A stretch of 35,318 nt of DNA from Nemertoderma westbladi (lineage: Eukaryota; Animalia; Xenacoelomorpha): positions 1 through 35,318 of the forward strand of contig JAUCBJ010002371.1 in the NCBI GenBank assembly GCA_032718475.1, in the 5' to 3' direction. Below the pieces are notes generated by a model. The model was given only the letters and a program-made list of their open reading frames with translations, searched no databases and had not been told where the DNA came from. Positions 22,221 to 35,318 of this stretch are shown piece after piece. The number at the start of each line of letters is the position of its first letter. The first letter of the stretch is position 1. A program made the translations under genes and the position numbers.

Positions 22221-22758
22221 TTTCAGCGAATTGTTGACAAAATTTAGAATTAATGTAAATTTTCGAAAAAAACATCAAAATATATTTTCTTTTAAATTCA
22301 AACAAATTTAAACATAAACAAATGCAATATATAATCAGGATGTCATCAGGATGAAGCCATGGTAGTGGCACGGTGTTAGGGTTAAGCCACAACACAATAA
22401 AATAAATGTTAAGCCGAAAAATACGGGAAGGTATAAAACGCACATACATAGCACATTGTAATAATTAATTATTAAAATTGAGATAATATAAATAAGCAAT
22501 TGTCTCAGCCAGCTCGCAAGCGTTGATGTTATTTATGTCTATAGGTATTGTTATCGTGAATGACCAGTTTATATATTCGACGACGGGCAATTTAGAAACT
22601 CTAATTCCAATTTAACTCAGAGTACGAAAAAACTACAGCTATTATTACTTCATTCTATTTTTCAAATTTGCACTTTTTTATTTCATTTCATTTTCATATT
22701 TAACATTTAACAATATCAAATCAATCCATTATATCAAATCGGCCTTGGATTATGGTGA

Positions 22759-25700
22759 GTATGGTATGGGATGTATGGTACAAGGTATGGTATAGGTATG
22801 GGATGTATGATACAAGGTGTGGTATAGGTATGGGATGTATGATACAAGGTATGGGATGTATGGTACAAGGTATGGTATAGGTATGGGATGTATGCTACAA
22901 GGTATGGTATATGTATGGGATGTATGATACAAGGTATGGTATAGGTATGGGATGTATGATACAAGGTATGGGATGTATGGTACAAGGTATGGTATAGGTA
23001 TGGGATGTATGCTACAAGGTATGGTATATGTATGGGATGTATGATACAAGGTATGGTATAGGTATGGGATGTATGATACAAGGTATGGGATGTATGGTAC
23101 AAGGTATGGTATAGGTATGGGATGTATGATACAAGGTATGGTATAGGTATGGGATGTATGATACAAGGTATGGGATGTATGGTACAAGGTATGGTATAGG
23201 TATGGGATGTATGCTACAAGGTATGGTATATGTATGGGATGTATGGTACAAGGTATGGTATAGGTATGGGATGTATGGTACAAGGTATGGTATAGGTATG
23301 GGATGTATGGTACAAGGTATGGTATAGGTATGGGATGTATGGTACAAAGTATGGTATAGGTATGGGATGTATGGTACAAGGTATGGTATAGGTATGGGAT
23401 GTATGGTACAAGGTATGGTATAGGTATGGGATGTATGATACAAGGTATGGTATAGGTATGGGATGTATGATACAAGGTATGGGATGTATGGTACAAGGTA
23501 TGGTATAGGTATGGGATGTATGGTACAAGGTATGGTATATGTATGGGATGTATGGTACAAGGTATGGTATAGGTATGGGATGTATGGTACAAGGTATGGG
23601 ATGTATGATACAAGGTATGGGATGTATGATACAAGGTATGGTATAGGTATGGGATGTATGGTACAAAGTATGGTATAGGTATGGGATGTATGGTACAAGG
23701 TATGGTATAGGTATGGGATGTATGATACAAGGTATGGTATAGGTATGGGATGTATGTTACAAGGTATGGGATGTATGGTACAAGGTATGGTATAGGTATG
23801 GGATGTATGCTACAAGGTATGGTATATGTATGGGATGTATGATACAAGGTATGGTATAGGTATGGGATGTATGGTACAAGGTATGGTATAGGTATGGGAT
23901 GTATGGTACAAGGTATGGTATAGGTATGGGATGTATGGTACAAGGTATGGTATAGGTATGGGATGTATGGTACAAGGTATGGTATAGGTATGGGATGTAT
24001 GATACAAGGTATGGTATAGGTATGGGATGTATGGTACAAGGTATGGGATGTATGGTACAAGGTATGGGATGTATGGTACAAGGTATGGGATGTATGGTAC
24101 AAGGTATGGGATGTATGATACAAGGTATGGGATGTATGGTACAAGGTATGGTATAGGTATGGGATGTATGATACAAGTTATGGGATGTATGATACAAGGT
24201 ATGGGATGTATGGTACAAGGTATGGGATGTATGGTACAAGGTATGGTATAGGTATGGGATGTATGATACAAGGTATGGTATAGGTATGGGATGTATGGTA
24301 CAAGGTATGGTATAGGTATGGGATGTATGCTACAAGGTATGGTATATGTATGGGATGTATGATACAAGGTATGGTATAGGTATGGGATGTATGATACAAG
24401 GTATGGGATGTATGGTACAAGGTATGGTATAGGTATGGGATGTATGCTACAAGGTATGGTATATGTATGGGATGTATGATACAAGGTATGGTATAGGTAT
24501 GGGATGTATGATACAAGGTATGGGATGTATGGTACAAGGTATGGTATAGGTATGGGATGTATGATACAAGGTATGGTATAGGTATGGGATGTATGATACA
24601 AGGTATGGGATGTATGGTACAAGGTATGGTATAGGTATGGGATGTATGCTACAAGGTATGGTATATGTATGGGATGTATGGTACAAGGTATGGTATAGGT
24701 ATGGGATGTATGGTACAAGGTATGGTATAGGTATGGGATGTATGGTACAAGGTATGGTATAGGTATGGGATGTATGGTACAAAGTATGGTATAGGTATGG
24801 GATGTATGGTACAAGGTATGGTATAGGTATGGGATGTATGGTACAAGGTATGGTATAGGTATGGGATGTATGATACAAGGTATGGTATAGGTATGGGATG
24901 TATGATACAAGGTATGGGATGTATGGTACAAGGTATGGTATAGGTATGGGATGTATGGTACAAGGTATGGTATATGTATGGGATGTATGGTACAAGGTAT
25001 GGTATAGGTATGGGATGTATGGTACAAGGTATGGGATGTATGATACAAGGTATGGGATGTATGATACAAGGTATGGTATAGGTATGGGATGTATGGTACA
25101 AAGTATGGTATAGGTATGGGATGTATGGTACAAGGTATGGTATAGGTATGGGATGTATGGTACAAGGTATGGTATAGGTATGGGATGTATGATACAAGGT
25201 ATGGGATGTATGGTACAAGGTATGGTATAGGTATGGGATGTGTGGTACAAGGTATGGGATGTATGATACAAGGTATGGGATGTATGATACAAGGTATGGG
25301 ATGTATGATACAAGGTATGGGATGTATGATACAAGGTATGGTATAGGTATGGGATGTATGGTACAAAGTATGGTATAGGTATGGGATGTATGGTACAAGG
25401 TATGGTATAGGTATGGGATGTATGGTACAAGGTATGGTATAGGTATGGGATGTATGATACAAGGTATGGGATGTATGGTACAAGGTATGGTATAGGTATG
25501 GGATGTATGGTACAAGGTATGGGATGAATGGTACAAGGTATGGGATGTATGGTACAAGGTATGGGATGTATGGTACAAGGTATGGGATGTATGATACAAG
25601 GTATGGGATGTATGATACAAGGTATGGTATAGGTATGGGATGTATGGTACAAAGTATGGTATAGGTATGGGATGTATGATACAAGGTATGGTATAGGTAT

Positions 25701-28700
25701 GGGATGTATGATACAAGGTATGGGATGTATGGTACAAGGTATGGTATAGGTATGGGATGTATGGTACAAGGTATGGGATGAATGGTACAAGGTATGGGAT
25801 GTATGGTACAAGGTATGGGATGTATGGTACAAGGTATGGGATGTATGATACAAGGTATGGGATGTATGATACAAGGTATGGTATAGGTATGGGATGTATG
25901 GTACAAAGTATGGTATAGGTATGGGATGTATGGTACAAGGTATGGTATAGGTATGGGATGTATGGTACAAGGTATGGTATAGGTATGGGATGTATGATAC
26001 AAGGTATGGTATAGGTATGGGATGTATGTTACAAGGTATGGGATGTATGGTACAAGGTATGGTATAGGTATGGGATGTATGCTACAAGGTATGGTATATG
26101 TATGGGATGTATGATACAAGGTATGGTATAGGTATGGGATGTATGGTACAAGGTATGGTATAGGTATGGGATGTATGGTACAAGGTATGGTATAGGTATG
26201 GGATGTATGGTACAAGGTATGGTATAGGTATGGGATGTATGGTACAAGGTATGGTATAGGTATGGGATGTATGATACAAGGTATGGTATAGGTATGGGAT
26301 GTATGGTACAAGGTATGGGATGTATGGTACAAGGTATGGGATGTATGGTACAAGGTATGGGATGTATGGTACAAGGTATGGGATGTATGATACAAGGTAT
26401 GGGATGTATGGTACAAGGTATGGTATAGGTATGGGATGTATGATACAAGGTATGGGATGTATGATACAAGGTATGGGATGTATGGTACAAGGTATGGGAT
26501 GTATGGTACAAGGTATGGTATAGGTATGGGATGTATGATACAAGGTATGGTATAGGTATGGGATGTATGATACAAGGTATGGGATGTATGATACAAGGTA
26601 TGGGATGTATGGTACAAGGTATGGTATAGGTATGGGATGTATGATACAAGGTATGGGATGTATGGTACAAGGTATGGTATAGGTATGGGATGTATGATAC
26701 AAGGTATGGTATAGGTATGGGATGTATGATACAAGGTATGGGATGTATGATACAAGGTATGGGATGTATGGTACAAGGTATGGTATAGGTATGGGATGTA
26801 TGATACAAGGTATGGGATGTATGGTACAAGGTATGGTATAGGTATGGGATGTATGGTACAAGGTATGGGATGTATGATACAAGGTATGGGATGTATGGTA
26901 CAAGGTATGGTATAGGTATGGGATGTATGATACAAGGTATGGTATAGGTATGGGATGTATGGTACAAGGTATGGGATGTATGGTACAAGGTATGGTATAG
27001 GTATGGGATGTATGATACAAGGTATGGGATGTATGGTACAAGGTATGGGATGTATGGTACAAGGTATGGTATAGGTATGGGATGTATGATACAAGGTATG
27101 GGATGTATGGTACAAGGTATGGTATAGGTATGGGATGTATGATACAAGGTATGGGATGTATGGTACAAGGTATGGGATGTATGGTACAAGGTATGGTATA
27201 GGTATGGGATGTATGATACAAGGTATGGGATGTATGGTACAAGGTATGTGTATCAAGGTATGGGATGTATGGTACAAGGTATGGTATAGGTATGGGATGT
27301 ATGGTACAAGGTATGGGATGTATGGTACAAGGTATGGTATAGGTATGGGATGTATGATACAAGGTATGGGATGTATGGTACAAGGTATGGGATGTATGGT
27401 ACAAGGTATGGTATAGGTATGGGATGTATGATACAAGGTATGGGATGTATGGTACAAGGTATGGGATGTATGGTACAAGGTATGGTATAGGTATGGGATG
27501 TATGATACAAGGTATGGGATGTATGGTACAAGGTATGGTATAGGTATGGGATGTATGATACAAGGTATGGTATAGGTATGGGATGTATGATACAAGGTAT
27601 GGGATGTATGATACAAGGTATGGGATGTATGGTACAAGGTATGGTATAGGTATGGGATGTATGATACAAGGTATGGGATGTATGGTACAAGGTATGGGAT
27701 GTATGGTACAAGGTATGGTATAGGTATGGGATGTATGATACAAGGTATGGGATGTATGATACAAGGTATGGGATGTATGGTACAAGGTATGGTATAGGTA
27801 TGGGATGTATGATACAAGGTATGGGATGTATGTACAAGGTATGGGATGTATGGTACAAGGTATGGTATAGGTATGGGATGTATGATACAAGGTATGGGAT
27901 GTATGGTACAAGGTATGGTATAGGTATGGGATGTATGATACAAGGTATGGTATAGGTATGGGATGTATGATACAAGGTATGGGATGTATGATACAAGGTA
28001 TGGGATGTATGGTACAAGGTATGGTATAGGTATGGGATGTATGATACAAGGTATGGGATGTATGGTACAAGGTATGGTATAGGTATGGGATGTATGATAC
28101 AAGGTATGGTATAGGTATGGGATGTATGGTACAAGGTATGGGATGTATGGTACAAGGTATGGGATGTATGATACAAGGTATGGGATGTATGATACAAGGT
28201 ATGGTATAGGTATGGGATGTATGATACAAGGTATGGTATAGGTATGGGATGTATGGTACAAGGTATGGTATAGGTATGGGATGTATGGTACAAGGTATGG
28301 TATAGGTATGGGATGTATGGTACAAGGTATGGTATAGGTATGGGATGTATGATACAAGGTATGGGATGTATGGTACAAGGTATGGTATAGGTATGGGATG
28401 TATGATACAAGGTATGGTATAGGTATGGGATGTATGAGTACAAGGTATGGGATGTATGGTACAAGGTATGGTATAGGTATGGGATGTATGGTACAAGGTA
28501 TGGGATGTATGGTACAAGGTATGGGATGTATGGTACAAGGTATGGGATGTATGGTACAAGGTATGGGATGTATGATACAAGGTATGGGATGTATGATACA
28601 AGGTATGGTATAGGTATGGGATGTATGGTACAAGGTATGGTATAGGTATGGGATGTATGATACAAGGTATGGTATAGGTATGGGATGTATGATACAAGGT

Positions 28701-31700
28701 ATGGTATAGGTATGGGATGTATGATACAAGGTATGGGATGTATGGTACAAGGTATGGTATAGGTATGGGATGTATGGTACAAGGTATGGTATAGGTATGG
28801 GATGTATGGTACAAGGTATGGGATGTATGATACAAGGTATGGGATGTATGATACAAGGTATGGGATGTATGGTACAAGGTATGGTATAGGTATGGGATGT
28901 ATGGTACAAGGTATGGTATAGGTATGGGATGTATGATACAAGGTATGGGATGTATGGTACAAGGTATGGTATAGGTATGGGATGTATGGTACAAGGTATG
29001 GTATAGGTATGGGATGTATGGTACAAGGTATGGGTGTAGTCAAGGTATGGGATGTATGATACAAGGTATGGGATGTATGATACAAGGTATGGGATGTATG
29101 GTACAAGGTATGGTATAGGTATGGGATGTATGGTACAAGGTATGGTATAGGTATGGGATGTATGGTACAAGGTATGGGATGTATGATACAAGGTATGGGA
29201 TGTATGGTACAAGGTATGGATAGGTATGGGATGTATGGTACAAGGTATGGTATAGGTATGGGATGTATGGTACAAGGTATGGTATAGGTATGGGATGTAT
29301 GATACAAGGTATGGGATGTATGGTACAAGGTATGGTATAGGTATGGGATGTATGGTACAAGGTATGGTATAGGTATGGGATGTATGGTACAAGGTATGGG
29401 ATGTATGATACAAGGTATGGGATGTATGATACAAGGTATGGTATAGGTATGGGATGTATGATACAAGGTATGGGATGTATGGTACAAGGTATGGTATAGG
29501 TATGGGATGTATGGTACAAGGTATGGTATGATACAAGGTATGGGATGTATGATACAAGGTATGGGATGTATGATACAAGGTATGGGATGTATGGTACAAG
29601 GTATGGTATAGGTATGGGATGTATGGTACAAGGTATGGTATAGGTATGGGATGTATGGTACAAGGTATGGGATGTATGATACAAGGTATGGGATGTATGG
29701 TACAAGGTATGGGATAGGTATGGGATGTATGGTACTAAGGTATGGGATGTATGGTACAAGGTATGGTATAGGTATGGGATGTATGATACAAGGTATGGGA
29801 TGTATGGTACAAGGTATGGTATAGGTATGGGATGTATGGTACAAGGTATGGTATAGGTATGGGATGTATGGTACAAGGTATGGGATGTATGATACAAGGT
29901 ATGGGATGTATGATACAAGGTATGGTATAGGTATGGGATGTATGATACAAGGTATGGGATGTATGGTACAAGGTATGGTATAGGTATGGGATGTATGGTA
30001 CAAGGTATGGTATAGGTATGGGATGTATGGTACAAGGTATGGGATGTATGATACAAGGTATGGGATGTATGATACAAGGTATGGTATAGGTATGGGATGT
30101 ATGATACAAGGTATGGGATGTAGGGTACAAGGTATGGTATAGGTATGGGATGTATGGTACAAGGTATGGTATAGGTATGGGATGTATGATACAAGGTATG
30201 GTATGGGTATGGGATGTATGATACAAGGTATGGGATGTATGTTACAAGGTATGGTATAGGTATGGGATGTCTGGTACAAGGTATGGTATAGGTATGGGAT
30301 GTATGCTACAAGGTATGGTATATGTATGGGATGTATGGTACAAGGTATGGTATAGGTATGGGATGTATGATACAAGGTATGGGATGTATGGTACAAGGTA
30401 TGGTATATGTATGGGATGTATGGTACAAGGTATGGTATAGGTATGGGATGTATGGTACAAGGTATGATATAGGTATGGGATGTATGGTACAAGGTATGGT
30501 ATAGGTATGGGATGTATGCTACAAGGTATGATACAAGGTATGGGGTGTCTGGTACAAGGTATGGTATAGGTATGGGATGTATGCTACAAGGTATGGTATA
30601 TGTATGGGATGTATGGTACAAGGTATGGTATAGGTATGGGATGTATGATACAAGGTATGGGATGTATGGTACAAGGTATGGTATAGGTATGGGATGTATG
30701 CTACAAGGTATGGTATATGTATGGGATGTATGATACAAGGTATGGGATGTATGGTACAAGGTATGGTATAGGTATGGGATGTATGCTACAAGGTATGGTA
30801 TATGTATGGGATGTATGCTACAAGGTATGGTATATGTATGGGATGTATGATACAAGGTATGGTATAGGTATGGGATGTATGATACAAGGTATGGTATAGG
30901 TATGGGATGTATGATACAAGGTATGGTATAGGTATGGGATGTATGATACAAGGTATGGGATGTATGGTACAAGGTATGGTATAGGTATGGGATGTATGCT
31001 ACAAGGTATGGTATATGTATGGGATGTATGGTACAAGGTATGGTATAGGTATGGGATGTATGATACAAGGTATGGGATGTATGGTACAAGGTATGGTATA
31101 GGTATGGGATGTATGCTACAAGGTATGGTATATGTATGGGATGTATGCTACAAGGTATGGGATGTATGGTACAAGGTATGGGATGTATGGTACAAGGTAT
31201 GGGATGTATGGTACAAGGTATGGTATAGGTATGGGATGTATGATACAAGGTATGGTATAGGTATGGGATGTATGGTACAAGGTATGGTATAGGTATGGGA
31301 TGTATGGTACAAGGTATGGTATAGGTATGGGATGTATGGTACAAGGTATGGTATAGGTATGGGATGTATGATACGGATGGTTAGGTATGGGTGTATGTAC
31401 AAGGTATGGGATGTATGGTACAAGGTATGGTATAGGTATGGGATGTATGCTACAAGGTATGGTATAGGTATGGGATGTATGATACAAGGTATGGGATGTA
31501 TGGTACAAGGTATGGTATAGGTATGGGATGTATGCTACAAGGTATGGTATATGTATGGGATGTATGGTACAAGGTATGGTATAGGTATGGGATGTATGAT
31601 ACAAGGTATGGGATGTATGGTACAAGGTATGGTATAGGTATGGGATGTATGCTACAAGGTATGGTATATGTATGGGATGTATGGTACAAGGTATGGTATA

Positions 31701-31735
31701 GGTATGGGATGTATGGTACAAGGTATGGTATAGGT
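22759..31735. repeat. ~9 kb compound satellite: 21-bp GGTATGGGATGTATG(G/A)TACAA with an optional 11-bp GGTATGGTATA (32-bp unit)
   Basis: Directly visible. Strongly G-rich on the + strand. Confidence 0.99.
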
Positions 31736-33458
31736 TCTTGGGGAGAGGCTTTAGTTGACCTTTAGTCCAAATTGGTGGTGGCTTTTCCCCTTTTAACATC
31801 CGGTTGCAAACATTCAATAATGGTCTATTTAGCACTCCGGTTTTCCATACCTCCGCTGGGATTTCATCTAATCCACTCGCTTTATTATTGGACATGCTTT
31901 TAATGCTTCTTTGGAGTTCGGCTGGTGTGAAGTCCCCTGTTTCTATAGGTAGTGTCTTGTCATATTTTTTCCTTGTAGGGCTGACCTCGATGTTTGGTGG
32001 CTGCCCAAGCAAGTTGCTGAAGTGATTTTTCCACTTCCCAACACGTTCTTCAGGACTATCGGCTTTGAGGCGCCCCTTTGCACAACTTTTCCGACCAGAT
32101 ACCTCATTTACAGTTTGCCAGGTAAGTCTTGATTGTTGCTGTATGTGAGCAGTTGTAATTGCTTCAGTTTTATCCTGTATGTACTTTTCCTGGCTGATGT
32201 TGTAGGCCAATTTAAGATCGTCCTTAGCTTTCTCAACCTTGTTAATGTTTTCGGTTGTTGGTTGTTCGGTTTTAACTTTGTAGGCTATCTTAAGATCTTC
32301 TCTCTTACAAGTAACCTCAGAGTTTTGCCATGGCACATATTGTTTTCGTTTGGGTTTCTGGGGGATATGCCTCTTAGCTGATTCCTTGTGGGCTGTTATT
32401 ATATTCTGGTATATTGAATTGGTGGATTGGTCTTCATCCATTGACTGAAGTGCTTCAAAGCGGTTTTGAACTTCTACTGTATAAGCATCCTTTACAGCAT
32501 TGTCAGTTCTGAGTTTTTCCCAGTCATATTTGATTTGCTTGCTTGTCCTGGGTTTGCTGGCTCTCAAACTGAGTCTGATCTCTGCAGTCACAATTCTGTG
32601 GTCCGAACCAATTAGGTTGAACGAGCTGTATGCCTCGCAGTTGATCATGCTGTTTCTCCACTTTTTGTTTATGAGGATGTAATCCAGTTGTGCTTTGGTT
32701 CCATTAGGGTATTGAAAGGTCCATAGCTTCCCCTTACTCTTTTCGAATGTGTTGTTTGTTGGTATCAATTCACATTCTTCCATTAGGTCTAAAAGTAAGT
32801 ACCCATTTCTGTTAGAACTGGTGTTATAGGTGTAACCCTTGATGTCTTCTGGGCCAATTTGGGCATTCAGGTCACCAGCAATGACTTTAACATTGTGTTT
32901 CGGAATGTCCTTTATAAGTCCAGTCAGTTCTTCATAAAACTTGACTGCTTGTTCTGGCTCTGAGGCATTGGTTGGACTGTAGCAACATATAACTGTTGCC
33001 TTGGGATTCCCATCAAATGTTGCGATCATAACCCTGGAATTTATAGATTCGATGTTGTTTAGGGTCTTAAGTGCAAATGGGCTTAGCAGAATTCCTACTC
33101 CACCAATTGATGCATTGGCCGAGTTTCTTACTGCTGAGCTTGTTACTAACGTCCATCCATTTCCAATGTCATTGTACTTCATGGCAGTGTCTTCATGACA
33201 AATCCGATGTTCTTGGATGCAGATGATGTCGATGTTATATTCCATTGCCAGAGCGACCATGTCACCCTGTTTGGTATGTGCTTTCAGCGTGCGTGCGTTC
33301 CTTGTAGCAATCTTTAGTGTCTTTTTACATTTCAACAGGTTGGTTCTTCTTTCTTCTCGGTCTTCTGTTCCAGTAGCCAATTTATCGACCCCATCCTGGT
33401 GTACCACTGGGGGACGCGGTCCGAGCCGGTATTTCTCCTGGAGGGTTCTCATACTCAT
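31736..33458 (-). CDS. RTE-clade LINE ORF: intact APE endonuclease plus linker, truncated at the start of RT
   Basis: Motifs IATRNARTL, CIQEHR, GGVGILL, CYSPT, AGDLNA, QLDYIL and GSDH, then KASGLDEIPAEVWK...LKPLPK. No stops over ~575 codons. Confidence 0.93.
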
Positions 33459-33841
33459 ATCTTTCAGTTGCGGGAGTAAACCGCTTGTGGTCGCAACTCC
33501 TACAAGCCTCTTCGCAGTAGATCGCCGTTGGTTGATTACCTTCCGCCGACTTTGTCAGCATGTATAGCCGTTGGTTGATTACCTTCCGCCTATCCATGGC
33601 CTACAGCCCTGCTGCCGACTGTAGGGGTCCTTTTGTTACACCCTGAACCAAGTGTGCCTCCTGGGTTAGGTTACCTAACACTGGTAGAGGGGCATCCAGT
33701 ATAGACAGGGCGGGGCGTGTATCATCTCTAATGCAGATGCGTATCAAGCCTTTGCCTTCAATGGTGCCCTAGGCGCTATAGCCCTCAATGACTTATTTAG
33801 TTGACGGGGCTGAACCAACCCACTCTTGATCAACTAAATAA
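31736..33841 (-). mobile_element. 5' half of an RTE LINE including a GC-rich structured 5' UTR
   Basis: The ORF above plus upstream sequence with hairpins (CCTACAG...CTGTAGG at 33600-33625). 5' boundary is approximate. Confidence 0.8.
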
Positions 33842-33962
33842 TGAATAGGCTATGCTTATCGGGCCTGCCCTACTGGGCTGGCAGCTACAGGTAGTACCAC
33901 ATTACTGCCATAGTGGTAGCAGGATCTGGGGACCTGACTGGTCAGGACCTGACCTGACCTGT

Positions 33963-34141
33963 ATTTTAACTCGCTATATTTTAACTCGCTATATTTTAAC
34001 TCGCTATATTGTTATTTTCAATATAACCATTAGTTCGCTTGTTCTGTATTAGTTCGCTCGTTCTGTATTAGTTCGCTCGTTCTGTATTAGTTCGCTCGTT
34101 CTTTATTAGTTCGCTCGTTTAGTATTAGTTCGCTCGTTCTG
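33963..34141. repeat. Two short minisatellites: 15-bp ATTTTAACTCGCTAT x3 and 19-bp ATTAGTTCGCTCGTTCTGT x~6
   Basis: Directly visible. The second array abuts the exon C acceptor. Confidence 0.9.
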
Positions 34142-34156
34142 CCTCTGTTCCTTCAG

Positions 34157-34343
34157 ATGTTCCCTTTGCGACGCTGAGATTGACGATGAGTCGGTGTCTG
34201 CTTGCGCTATCTGTCGACGAACTCTGGAAACGCAGTGGCACGTGGAGAGTCAGTCTGTCGTCGTCGCAACCAATAATAAGACGCCGTCTCGCCTCGTATG
34301 TTATTGTTGCGGAGACAACGTTCGTTATACCAGTAGCGTTAAG
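34157..34343 (+). CDS. Host gene coding exon C (Plexus/GSE1-like)
   Basis: Acceptor CTCTGTTCCTTCAG|A completes the phase-2 codon AG+A (Arg). Donor AAG|GTGAGC. Encodes CSLCDAEIDDESVSACAICRRTLETQW...LVCYCCGDNVRYTSSVK, repeating the VSACxxC...QW and CYxCG motifs of exons A and B. Confidence 0.8.
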
Positions 34344-34837
34344 GTGAGCGATTGGTTACCTTGTGTAATAAAATTAAAGAAATCCCACCAAAAATATTTT
34401 ATTTTACTTTTTTCGCCGGGAAAAAGTACAATCAATGCAATCCTATGGGATATGCAATCCCATGGATTACTTTTTTCCATAAGTACTCATATTTCTCCCA
34501 ATTTTGAGGTCTTTTCGAGCGAAGAAGTAACAATTTAATTAGAATTTTGGCTCCGGATTGATTTGTCCGGAGCCGGAACCAGAGCCGGAGCTCTGTTGCA
34601 TTCCTACCATACAGTAGTAGTAGTAGTACCATGCAGTACATGGTTTGGTACCATTACCGTACTGCCCGGCGCACCGCCTGGCGGAGAAGTGAGAAACACG
34701 GTACGCTGAGTGCATCACATGGAATCGGCGAAAGTTGAACTTTGCATTGTTGCGCTCGGCCCTCATGTGTCTCCGTGGACACTGGTCGACTGCTGGACGA
34801 CCCATTCGCTGCACAAATTCAGTTGCAGTACCATACA

Positions 34838-35318
34838 TGGTACCATACAGTACGCAGTGTGGTACCATACAGTACGCAGTGTGGTACCATACAGTACGCA
34901 GTGTGGTACCATACAGTACGCAGTGTGGTACCATACAGTACGCAGTGTGGTACCATACAGTACGCAGTGTGGTACCATACAGTACGCAGTGTGGTACCAT
35001 ACAGTACGCAGTGTGGTACCATACAGTACGCAGTGTGGTACCATACAGTACGCAGTGTGGTACCATACAGTACGCAGTGTGGTACCATACAGTACGCAGT
35101 GTGGTACCATACAGTACGCAGTGTGGTACCATACAGTACGCAGTGTGGTACCATACAGTACGCAGTGTGGTACCATACAGTACGCAGTGTGGTACCATAC
35201 AGTACCCAGTGTGGTAACATACAGTACGCAGTGTGGTACCATACAGTACGCAGTGTGGTACCATACAGTACGCAGTGTGGTACCATACAGTACGCAGTGT
35301 GGTACCATACCGCAGTGT
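34838..35318. repeat. 22-bp minisatellite (GGTACCATACAGTACGCAGTGT)n running to the window end
   Basis: Near-perfect tandem array, ~21 copies. Confidence 0.98.

Noticed and set aside
22734-31689. Very long ORFs (up to 1929 aa) of YHTSHTL/IPYLV/IHPIP repeats
   Set aside because: All three minus-strand frames are open because the satellite unit lacks stop codons on that strand. These are repeat artefacts.
22759-31735. CRISPR array or true telomere (the unit superficially recalls budding-yeast telomeric repeats)
   Set aside because: There are no unique spacers and no cas genes. The array is flanked on both sides by ordinary sequence within an apparent intron of an animal gene.
22117-34606. CCGG-rich patches at ~22120 and ~34600 as two ends of one large hAT element
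   Set aside because: Host exon C lies between them, the termini match poorly and no 8-bp TSD was seen. They are more likely separate MITE fragments.
34539-35308. ORFs MVPHCVLYGTTLRTVWYHTAYC... on both strands
   Set aside because: These are translations of the 22-bp minisatellite.

Overview
This is AT-rich animal genomic DNA, probably from an invertebrate bilaterian. It is not prokaryotic, and most ORFs in the supplied track are artefacts of tandem repeats. Three short, phase-compatible exons on the + strand (1783-1935, 21854-22056, 34157-34343) splice into a protein with repeated C-Y-x-C-G...F-F-P...C-x-x-C...Q-W modules, resembling the Plexus/GSE1-like family. Its two large introns (~20 kb and ~12 kb) are filled with nested mobile DNA. 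The most unusual item is a ~15 kb element (3067-18002) bounded by ~0.5 kb inverted termini. The left terminus starts with AGTAGTA, as in Polinton/Maverick elements. Each terminus contains its own co-varying internal inverted repeat. The element carries a frameshifted Ulp1/C48-like protease plus coiled-coil ORF, a tRNA-like Pol III unit, a 234-bp array with CTCF-like motifs and a 30/120-bp array. It was later hit by two LINE insertions. Also present are an RTE nested inside another copy of its own family, a ~1 kb inverted duplication that replaced a LINE 3' end, and a 9 kb G-rich 21/32-bp satellite fused in frame to an uninterrupted RTE endonuclease ORF. All calls were made by eye from the sequence. 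No database search was run, and boundaries marked ~ are approximate.
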